A stretch of 64,000 nucleotides of DNA from Dehalococcoidia bacterium (lineage in GTDB: Bacteria; Chloroflexota; Dehalococcoidia; UBA2979), in assembly GCA_020634075.1 (NCBI GenBank), contig JACKCJ010000001.1:10887-74886 (forward strand), written 5' to 3'. This document shows positions 56,967 through 64,000 of the stretch, piece by piece. The translations under genes were made by a program, and so were the position numbers. Under the pieces are notes generated by a model. The model was not told where the DNA came from. It worked only from the letters and a program-made list of their open reading frames with translations, and ran no database searches. The number at the start of each line of letters is the position of its first letter. The first letter of the stretch is position 1.

Positions 56967-57815
56967 ATGTCTCGCATCACACGCCTAGTCGGAAGACGGA
57001 ACGTCCCGATCCTGCTCGCCCTCCTCCTGGGCGGAGCGACCTTCATCGGCGCGCTCGCGTGGCTACCCACGTTGTCGGATGGCGACACGACGCCGACCGT
57101 CGAGACGCGGTCCGTCCTCGTCGCCCGCGACGACCTCAGCGCAGGCGAACGCCTCGACCGCTCTCGCCTCGCGCTCGTGGAGGTCCCCACCGACGTCATC
57201 GCGACGGGAGCGCTCACACGGATCGAGGACGGCGAGGGCCAGGTGCTCCGCTACCCGGTCGAGGCCGGCGAGCAGATCCTCGCCTCGAAGTTCGTCGGCG
57301 CGGAGCGCGCCGAGGCTACCGGCCTCGCGTTCGTGGTCCCCGAGGGCATGCGGGCTGTCTCCGTCCCGGTGACCGAGGTCACCGGCGCCGGTGGCCTCAT
57401 CGTCCCCGGTGACCGCGTCGACGTCCTCGCCGCGGTCTCGGAGACGTTGCTCGTCGGGGCCGACTACCCCACCGAGGGACCCGAGGCCGACATCGCACGG
57501 CGCGAGGCGCCCACGGCGATCGTCACGGTGCTGCAGAACGCGCTCGTCCTCGCGGTGGGCCAGTCCGTCAGTGACACCTCGTCCGTGTCCCGCGACGACG
57601 GTGCGCAGCGCGCGGACGACGCCACCCCCGACCCCAAGGCGGTCTCGGTGACACTCGCGGTCTCACCCGAGGACGCCCAGGCGCTGTTCATGGCCGTGAC
57701 CGAGGGCTCGATCGGGCTCGCACTCCGCTCCTTCGGTGACACGTCGAGCGCCACCGTGGCGCCCATCGTCGACGTGGCTCCGGCGGACGACCAGCCGAAG
57801 GTGAGCGCACGATGA
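56967..57815 (+). CDS. cpaB: Flp pilus assembly protein CpaB (SAF domain)
   Basis: N-terminal anchor, then VLVARDDLSAGERL..VEVP.. SAF-like region. Confidence 0.85.
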   Translation: MSRITRLVGRRNVPILLALLLGGATFIGALAWLPTLSDGDTTPTVETRSVLVARDDLSAGERLDRSRLALVEVPTDVIATGALTRIEDGEGQVLRYPVEAGEQILASKFVGAERAEATGLAFVVPEGMRAVSVPVTEVTGAGGLIVPGDRVDVLAAVSETLLVGADYPTEGPEADIARREAPTAIVTVLQNALVLAVGQSVSDTSSVSRDDGAQRADDATPDPKAVSVTLAVSPEDAQALFMAVTEGSIGLALRSFGDTSSATVAPIVDVAPADDQPKVSAR

Positions 57816-59026
57816 CCAGCCTCCAGGAACGCACCCACGTCGACGCCGCCGGCGCCTCCTCGGTGCTCGTCGTCGACCCCAATCTCGACAGCCGCCTGGA
57901 CGCCGTGACGGCCGTGAAGCAGGCCGGACTTCCGCTCGCGGGCGAAGCCCCCTACGGCGCGGAGGCGACCTTCCTCGAAGCCGACCGAGCGCCCGCGCTC
58001 ATCCTCGTCGCGCTCGAGGAGCCACCGATGCGCGGCATCGCCACCATCGAGGCGATCCGCCGCCAGAACGCGAACGCCGCGGTGGTCGTCTACTCCTCCA
58101 GCGCCGCACCGGAGCTGCTCCGCCAGGCGATGCGCGCCGGCGCGCGGGACTTCCTCGCGAAGCCCCTCTCGGCGCGCGACGTCACCGAGGCCCTCGCGTT
58201 CCGGGCTGACGGACCGGGCGATGACGGCGAGGCTCCCGGGAATCGCGAACGAGGCACCGGGACCGTGATCACGGTGGCCGGCGCGAAGGGCGGCATCGGC
58301 AAGAGCACGCTCGCCGCCAACCTCGCCGTCGCGCTCCGAGAGATCACGTCGCAGGACGTGGCGCTCCTCGACACGGACGTGCAGTTCGGCGACATCGGCG
58401 TCATCTTCGATGTCGAGCCCCCTCACGACCGCTGCGTCTCCTACCTCGGCCGCGAGGGCGTGACGCTCTCGCGCGACGTGGTGGCGGAGTCGCTGATCCG
58501 CCACGAGTCCGGCATCGACATCCTCGCGGTACTCCCCGAGCCGAACGACTGGCGCGTGGTGCGGCCCGAGCAGGTGGCGCGCCTGGCGCGCGCCCTCGCG
58601 GAGACGCACGAGTACGTCGTCGTCGACACGCCCGGCACCATCAACGAGGTCGTTGCCGCGGCGCTCTGCGAGGCGGACGTCATCCTGCTGGTGACCTCGC
58701 TCGAGATGTCCAGCATCAAGGACACCAAGACGGCCGTCCGGGTGCTCGGCTCGCTGGGCGTGGACTCCGGGCGGATCCGCCTCGTGATCAACGACAGCAC
58801 GTCGGCGTCAGCGATCACCCCGGACGACGTCGCCGAGGCCACCGGACTGCCGGTGGCGACCAGCATTCCCCACGACCGCCAGCTTGGACGCAGCGTCCAG
58901 CGAGGCGTCCCCGTGTACCTGGAGCACCGCGGCGGGACCTTCCCGCGCGCCGTCGCCGACCTCGCCGGCTCGCTGGCCGGCGTCACCACCGGCTCGCGGC
59001 GACGGCGCCTGCCTTTCCTCCGGTAG
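57812..59026 (+). CDS. cpaE: CpaE/TadZ-like pilus localisation ATPase (pseudo-receiver + MinD/ParA domain)
   Basis: Receiver-like N-domain in which the phospho-acceptor position reads LILVALEEP (no Asp). Deviant Walker A GAKGGIGKST. Confidence 0.85.
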   Translation: MTSLQERTHVDAAGASSVLVVDPNLDSRLDAVTAVKQAGLPLAGEAPYGAEATFLEADRAPALILVALEEPPMRGIATIEAIRRQNANAAVVVYSSSAAPELLRQAMRAGARDFLAKPLSARDVTEALAFRADGPGDDGEAPGNRERGTGTVITVAGAKGGIGKSTLAANLAVALREITSQDVALLDTDVQFGDIGVIFDVEPPHDRCVSYLGREGVTLSRDVVAESLIRHESGIDILAVLPEPNDWRVVRPEQVARLARALAETHEYVVVDTPGTINEVVAAALCEADVILLVTSLEMSSIKDTKTAVRVLGSLGVDSGRIRLVINDSTSASAITPDDVAEATGLPVATSIPHDRQLGRSVQRGVPVYLEHRGGTFPRAVADLAGSLAGVTTGSRRRRLPFLR

Positions 59027-59050
59027 CCACGAACGAAACGAGGTAGCGAC

Positions 59051-60340
59051 ATGACCGCCGAGGTCACCCCCATCACACGACGAGAGAGCGACGGCGACAC
59101 GATCCGCCAGGGCTTTGTCGAACGCATCCACGACCAGGTGATCCGCGAGCTCGATCTCCGCTCGCTGGAGAAGCTGCCCGACGACGCCCGACGCGGACGG
59201 GTCGAGGCGTCGATCGGGGCCGCGCTCAACTCGCTCCCCGGCGCCCCGGCCGGTGTCGCCCGGCGACAGATCGTGGAGCAGGTCGCCGCGGAGGTCCTCG
59301 GGCTCGGCCCGATCCAGGCGCTCCTCGATGACCCCGATGTCAGCGAGGTCATGGTCAACGGCCCGCGCGAGGTCTACTTCGAACGTGACGGCGTGCTGCA
59401 CGAGGCCGAGGCCTGGTTCCGGGACGCCGAGCACATCCGACGCGTCGCGGACCGCATCGTGGCGCCCCTCGGCCGCCGCCTCGACGAGACCTCGCCGATG
59501 GTCGACGCACGCCTACCGGATGGGTCACGCGTCAACGTGGTCCTGCCGCCGATCGCGGTGAACAGCCCGACCATCACCGTCCGCAAGTTCCGGCATGACC
59601 GGTTCGACATGAACGACCTCGTGCGCATCGGATCGCTCAGCGAGCAGGCGGCCGACTTCCTCCGCGAGGCGGTGCGATGCCGCACGAGCATCCTGATCTC
59701 CGGCGGCACCGGCAGTGGCAAGACCACGCTCCTGAGCGCCCTCTCGGAAGCCATCCCGGAGACCGAGCGCATCGTGACGATCGAGGACCCGATCGAGATC
59801 CGGCTGCGCCAGCGCCACGTCGTCACGCTCGAGGCACGCCCGGCTGTCACCAGCGCGAAGTCCGCCGTCACGCAGCGCGATCTCGTGCGGAACGCCCTCC
59901 GCATGCGGCCCGACCGCATCATCATCGGCGAGGTCCGGGGCGCCGAGGCCTTCGACATGATGCAGGCGATGAACACGGGACACGAGGGTTCGCTCAGCAC
60001 CGTGCACGCGAACACCCCTCGGGACGCCCTGTCGCGCGTCGAGAACATGGTGATGATGGCCGGGTTCGACCTGCCCGTCACCGCCATTCGGGAGCAGATC
60101 GCCTCGGCGCTCTCGCTCGTGATCCAGGTCAGCCGCCTCCCGGATGGGAAGCGCTGCGTCACCGCCATCTCCGAGGTGACGAGCCTCGAGGGCACCGTCA
60201 TCGGCCTCCAGGACGTGTTCCGCCTGGAACGCGGCTTCGGCCCCGAGGGGCACGTCCAGACCACGCTCGTGGCGACGGGCGTCCGTCCCCAGTTCGCGGA
60301 CAAGTTCGGCGACCGGCCGAGCCTCCCGGCGCAGCGGTAG
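59051..60340 (+). CDS. cpaF: CpaF/TadA family secretion ATPase
   Basis: Walker A GGTGSGKTT, EDPIE, GEVRG and the His box TGHEGSLSTVHAN. Confidence 0.95.
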   Translation: MTAEVTPITRRESDGDTIRQGFVERIHDQVIRELDLRSLEKLPDDARRGRVEASIGAALNSLPGAPAGVARRQIVEQVAAEVLGLGPIQALLDDPDVSEVMVNGPREVYFERDGVLHEAEAWFRDAEHIRRVADRIVAPLGRRLDETSPMVDARLPDGSRVNVVLPPIAVNSPTITVRKFRHDRFDMNDLVRIGSLSEQAADFLREAVRCRTSILISGGTGSGKTTLLSALSEAIPETERIVTIEDPIEIRLRQRHVVTLEARPAVTSAKSAVTQRDLVRNALRMRPDRIIIGEVRGAEAFDMMQAMNTGHEGSLSTVHANTPRDALSRVENMVMMAGFDLPVTAIREQIASALSLVIQVSRLPDGKRCVTAISEVTSLEGTVIGLQDVFRLERGFGPEGHVQTTLVATGVRPQFADKFGDRPSLPAQR

Positions 60341-60351
60341 GCGGTGCCACG

Positions 60352-61305
60352 ATGGAACTCCACGTCATGCTGCTCGCCTTCGCCGCCGCCGCGGCGGCGG
60401 GCTTCGCCTCGCTCGCGGTGGCCCGCAGGCTGCTCGCGCACGATCTCGCGGTCGGCGAGCGGCTCGCCGGCCTCACCTCGGTGACCGAGACGAACGCCTC
60501 TCGGATGAACACCGACCGGCATGCCGCGCTGCGCAGCCTGGTGCCCCGGGTCCCGGGCGCACGGCCCCAGCTCGACCGCGCCGGCGTGAGGATGACCTCC
60601 GCCCAGTTCGCACTGGCGCGCCTCGCGCTGATCGCGGTGATGGCCACCGCCGGTGCGGTGGCGGCAGACACGATGCAGATCGCGCCGCCGGCCGGGATCC
60701 TCGCCGGTGCCGTGGTCGGATACCTCGCCCCCGTCGTCGTCCTGCGCTGGCGGACGGCGCGCCGTGGACGGCGCGTCGAGGGCCAGCTCGTCGAGTTGTG
60801 CGAGGTGATGGCCTCGATGCTCACCGCCGGCTTCGGCTACATGCAGGCACTCCGCGAGGCCGCCACCCAGGTCGGCGGCCCGCTGGGCGAAGAGGTGACG
60901 CGGTTCCTCGACGCGGTGAGCCTCGGCGCGGACTTCGAGGTCGCCCTGGGCGAGGTGCGCGAACGCCTACAGAGCGACGACTTCGAGGTCGTCGCGACGG
61001 CGCTCGAGGTGCAACGGCGGACGGGCGGCAACCTCGCGGAGATCCTCGACGGCGTCGCGATCACGATCCGCGACCGCCAGACGTTCCAGCGTGAACTCCG
61101 CGCGCTTACTTCGCGGGAACGGTTCTCGGCGGTCATCGTCGCCGCCTTCCCGCTCGGCCTGGTCAGCGTCCTCACGCTGATCATGCCCGAGGTCTTCGGA
61201 CGGCTCTTCACCGATTCGGTTGGCCAGATCGTGCTCGGCATCGCGCTCGGGCTCGATGCGCTCGGATACGTCGTCGCGCGCCGGCTCGCGACGCTGGAGG
61301 TGTGA
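60352..61305 (+). CDS. tadB: type II secretion system F family protein TadB
   Basis: T2SSF domain pattern (..MLTAGFGYMQAL.., ..GGNLAEILD..) with TM segments at both ends. Confidence 0.85.
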   Translation: MELHVMLLAFAAAAAAGFASLAVARRLLAHDLAVGERLAGLTSVTETNASRMNTDRHAALRSLVPRVPGARPQLDRAGVRMTSAQFALARLALIAVMATAGAVAADTMQIAPPAGILAGAVVGYLAPVVVLRWRTARRGRRVEGQLVELCEVMASMLTAGFGYMQALREAATQVGGPLGEEVTRFLDAVSLGADFEVALGEVRERLQSDDFEVVATALEVQRRTGGNLAEILDGVAITIRDRQTFQRELRALTSRERFSAVIVAAFPLGLVSVLTLIMPEVFGRLFTDSVGQIVLGIALGLDALGYVVARRLATLEV

Positions 61306-61306
61306 G

Positions 61307-62194
61307 ATGGAAGCGATGCTGGCGGCCTCGGCCGCACTCGCCGTGGCGTTCCTCGTGATCGGGCTGAAGCCCGGCGCCGGCGACCGGCGGACACGGGAGC
61401 GCGTCGCCTCGTTGCGCGACGAGACGCGGTTCGGCCTGCCCGTCGAGACCGCTCCCGAGGAGGACGACGCCGTCGCCCACCTGGCCGATCGCCTCGGGCG
61501 TCTCGCTCCGCACGCAGTCAGAGATCGCCTCGCCGACCTCATCGCGCGCGGCGGGCTTCACTGGCACGCGGAACGCGTGATCGCGGCATGGGCGACGGTC
61601 GCCGTCGTCGCAGGCTGCGCCGTCGCCTGGTGGTACGGCGCCGGTGAGCCCTCCTCGCGTCGAGGACTCGCGGCGCTCGTCGTGATCGCAATCGTCGCCG
61701 TGCTGCCGTGGTACCTCCTGCGCCGGCGCGCGGATCGACGCGTCCGCCAGATCAGCCGTGGGCTGCCCCAGGCGCTGGACCTGATCGTGACGAATATCGA
61801 GGGCGGCCTCGGCCTGCAGGCCGCGCTGCTCGTGGTCGCTCAGAAGGTCGAGGGGCCGATCGGCGAAGAGTTCGCACGCGCGACCGCGGAGATCAGCGTC
61901 GGCGTCCCTCGCGGCGAAGCGCTGATGGCGATGGCGGAGCGCACCGGCTCGGACGACGTGCAGGCCGTGGCCCGCGCGATTGCGCAGGCCGAGCGCTCCG
62001 GGATCTCGATCGCGCAGCTGCTGCGGGCGCGCGCCACGGAGATGCGTGAGCGCCGTCGGCTGACGGCCCGCGAACAGGCCAACAAGGTCCCGGTGAAGAT
62101 GACGATCCCCGTCGTGTTCTTCATCTTCCCCACGTTCTTCCTCCTGTTGCTGACACCGGTGGCGCTCAACGCCGCCGAGGTGATGGCGCAGTAG
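61307..62194 (+). CDS. tadC: type II secretion system F family protein TadC
   Basis: Second T2SSF paralog (..LPQALDLIVTNIEGGLGLQAAL.., ..ERSGISIAQLL..). Starts 1 nt after the tadB stop. Confidence 0.85.
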   Translation: MEAMLAASAALAVAFLVIGLKPGAGDRRTRERVASLRDETRFGLPVETAPEEDDAVAHLADRLGRLAPHAVRDRLADLIARGGLHWHAERVIAAWATVAVVAGCAVAWWYGAGEPSSRRGLAALVVIAIVAVLPWYLLRRRADRRVRQISRGLPQALDLIVTNIEGGLGLQAALLVVAQKVEGPIGEEFARATAEISVGVPRGEALMAMAERTGSDDVQAVARAIAQAERSGISIAQLLRARATEMRERRRLTAREQANKVPVKMTIPVVFFIFPTFFLLLLTPVALNAAEVMAQ

Positions 62195-62196
62195 CG

Positions 62197-62556
62197 ATGC
62201 GCGAGATCAGCCTCGAGGGGAGCGACGCGCTCGTCACGGCTTCAGTCGCGGACTCGTTCCTGACGCGCGGACGTGGCCTGCTCGGACGCGCGTTGCCGGG
62301 TCCCGGCCACGGCCTGCTGCTGCGCCGATGCAGCTCCGTGCACACCTGCTTCATGCCGGGCCCGCTCGACGTGGTGGGACTGCGTCGGCTCGACGACGCC
62401 GAGATGGAGGTCACATGGCTGTCCAGGGACGTGCCGCCGTGGCGGCTGAGGTTCGCGCGGAACCACACGCAGGACATCCTCGAACTACGCGCCGGCGAGA
62501 TCGCGCGGATGGGTCTCGCAGCAGGCGATCGGCTGCGGGTCGTGACGCCTTCCTGA
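62197..62556 (+). CDS. DUF192 domain protein
   Basis: ..TRGRGLLGR....GLLL..C.SVHTCFM..PLDVV.. matches the DUF192 (COG1430) pattern. Confidence 0.72.
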   Translation: MREISLEGSDALVTASVADSFLTRGRGLLGRALPGPGHGLLLRRCSSVHTCFMPGPLDVVGLRRLDDAEMEVTWLSRDVPPWRLRFARNHTQDILELRAGEIARMGLAAGDRLRVVTPS

Positions 62557-62582
62557 GCATCGCCGCCGGCACCATCGCGACC

Positions 62583-63041
62583 GTGCTCGTGGCAGCCGAG
62601 GGCGCTTCCCTCCCCCGCGCGCTCCTCACGCTGCCCTTCGTCGCGGCGCTCGTCGCGGCGGCTCTCGTCGACCTCCGGACGCGTCGCATCCCGAACACGC
62701 TCACCCTGCCGGGCGCGACGCTCGCGGTCGTCCTCGTCCCCCTCGCGGGAGTGCTGAGCTGGGGTGGCGCGATCGGCGGACTGGGCCTGGCGACGCTCCT
62801 CAGCGGTGCGCTCTACCTGGTCGCACGAGGCGCGTTCGGGATGGGTGACGTGAAGCTCAGCGCATTCCTCGGCGCGGCGCTCGGGGCCGGCAATGTCGTG
62901 GCGGTCCTCGCGCTGGCCAGCGCCCTCGGTGCGATCGCGGCTGCGATTGCCCTCGCGCGCGGGGCGCACCACGAGGACACGATCGCCTTCGGCCCCTACC
63001 TCGCGGCGGCGGGGGTCCTCGTCTGGGCCCTCGGGAGTTAG
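62583..63041 (+). CDS. tadV: A24 family prepilin peptidase (TadV/CpaA type, no methyltransferase domain)
   Basis: Catalytic Asp motifs VDLRTRRIPN and GMGDVKL. The start is ambiguous (GTG 62583, GTG 62589 or CTG 62553). Confidence 0.72.
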   Translation: MLVAAEGASLPRALLTLPFVAALVAAALVDLRTRRIPNTLTLPGATLAVVLVPLAGVLSWGGAIGGLGLATLLSGALYLVARGAFGMGDVKLSAFLGAALGAGNVVAVLALASALGAIAAAIALARGAHHEDTIAFGPYLAAAGVLVWALGS

Positions 63042-63060
63042 CCCAAGCGCGTCACTTGGC

Positions 63061-63088
63061 TTGCAAATACTTTGTCCGCAAGTATCAT
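63061..63088 (+). promoter_or_regulatory. candidate padR promoter with embedded palindrome
   Basis: TTGCAA-16 nt-TATCAT. The palindrome ATACTT-N7-AAGTAT (63067-63085) spans the spacer. In-frame GTG at 63096 lies 7 nt after the -10, so a leaderless transcript is possible. Confidence 0.35.
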
Positions 63089-63653
63089 CGCCGCCGTGAG
63101 CGATGACCGTCCTCTCCTGCCCGGCGAGTACGCCGTCCTGGGACTCCTCGGCGCCGAGCCGAGGCACGGATACGACGTCTCACGGCACTGGCAGAACTCC
63201 GCGCTGGCCGAGGTGCTCCCGCTCGAACAGAGCGTGCTGTACGGCTACCTCCGCACGCTGGAACGTCGTGGCTACCTCGACTGGGAGGAGATCCGCGTCG
63301 GCAACCGTCCACCTCGACGCATCTTCACGCTGAGCGAGGACGGCTGGTCCGTCCTCAATGCATGGATGACGGCCCCCGTCTCGCGGATGCGCGAGGTGCG
63401 CCTCGATCTCCTGCTCAAGATCTACGTCCTCCGCCTGATCGACCCATCGCGCGAGCCTCGCCTGCTGCGCGACCAGGTCGAGGTCTGCCGGCGTTACCTC
63501 GCCGACGCAGACGCCCACCTCGCGACAGCCGAGGGGTTCGAGCACCTCGTGTGGGATTCCAAGCGGACCGCCGCGGCGGGCGTGCTGGCGTGGCTCCAAG
63601 CCCTGCTCCCCCGTGAGTCGAAGAAGACTCCCCGTCGGAAGGCTGCGTCATGA
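63072..63653 (+). CDS. PadR family transcriptional regulator
   Basis: GEYAVLGLLGAEPRHGYDV....VLYGYLRTLERRGYL is a winged-helix PadR pattern. Start is TTG 63072 or GTG 63096. Confidence 0.8.
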   Translation: MSASIIAAVSDDRPLLPGEYAVLGLLGAEPRHGYDVSRHWQNSALAEVLPLEQSVLYGYLRTLERRGYLDWEEIRVGNRPPRRIFTLSEDGWSVLNAWMTAPVSRMREVRLDLLLKIYVLRLIDPSREPRLLRDQVEVCRRYLADADAHLATAEGFEHLVWDSKRTAAAGVLAWLQALLPRESKKTPRRKAAS

Positions 63654-64000
63654 TGCGTCTGCGACGGCACTCGCTGGCCCTCGTCGTCGGCCTGCTCTCG
63701 GTTGCCGTGGTCTCCTGTGGCGACGATGGGAGCAGCGACGCGAACGAGGGCGCGCTCGCCGGGAACGTCGTCGTCTCTGCCGCGTCGTCCCTCACGGACG
63801 CGTTCACCGAGCTCGCCGAGACCTTCGAGGGCATACACGAAGGCGTCAGCATCGAGCTGAACTTCGGATCGTCGTCCTCGCTCGCATCACAGATCGTCGA
63901 GGGCGCTCCTGCGGGCGTCTTTGCCTCCGCGAACCAGGCGCAGATGCAGGTGGTGGCCGACGCGGGGCTCGCGAACGATCCCCGGGTATTCGCGCAGAAC
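63650..64000 (+). CDS. modA: molybdate ABC transporter substrate-binding protein, partial (runs off window end)
   Basis: Own translation: MMRLRRHSLALVVGLLSVAVVSCGDD.. (lipobox), then VVVSAASSLTDAF..L.FGSSSSLASQI.EGAPAGVFASAN, the ModA N-terminal pattern. The ATG overlaps the padR stop. Confidence 0.72.
   Translation, partial: MMRLRRHSLALVVGLLSVAVVSCGDDGSSDANEGALAGNVVVSAASSLTDAFTELAETFEGIHEGVSIELNFGSSSSLASQIVEGAPAGVFASANQAQMQVVADAGLANDPRVFAQN

Overview
High-G+C bacterial chromosomal window (about two-thirds G+C or more by eye, not computed). It is densely coding, about 65 protein genes plus one tmRNA. Real genes show extreme GC3 bias, so most long Arg/Pro/Ala-rich ORFs in the track are antisense or off-frame shadows of them. 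Calls rest on motif reading of the translations; no searches were run, and start codons are the least certain part.

Mostly housekeeping content:
- purine genes purS-purC-purB and guaA-purD
- YrdC/TsaC-like gene and pdxH
- a bacterial type IB topoisomerase
- rpiB and a penicillin-acylase-family Ntn hydrolase
- a polyprenyl synthase
- pgk-apgM-tpiA
- miaA
- dapF-GNAT-dapL
- hflX
- korAB
- bcp, an S41 protease, smpB-ssrA and katG
- several MFS transporters
- a giant orphan FtsX-type permease

Accessory content:
1. At 47.2-51.9 kb, directly 3' of ssrA, lies a RiPP-like cluster. It encodes an NTP_transf_5-type nucleotidyltransferase, an S24/S26-like peptidase, an unannotated 38-codon ORF followed by a 12-bp hairpin, an HPr-kinase-like P-loop protein, a PqqD-family protein and an ABC exporter. 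It has no lasso cyclase and no B2 protease. This is the best candidate for an uncharacterised system.
2. At 55.1-63.0 kb lies a complete secretin-less Tad/Flp pilus locus.
3. At 43.35-43.64 kb a 75-aa CxxC..CxxC protein sits behind a promoter that carries two CsoR-type palindromes.

Other observations: two conserved genes (tsaC-like, hflX) appear to start at CTG. A 0.53-kb hairpin-rich gap without a plausible ORF lies upstream of the S41 protease. A phased CTCAAC repeat array lies upstream of flp. No CRISPR array, rRNA, tRNA, transposase or integrase was seen.
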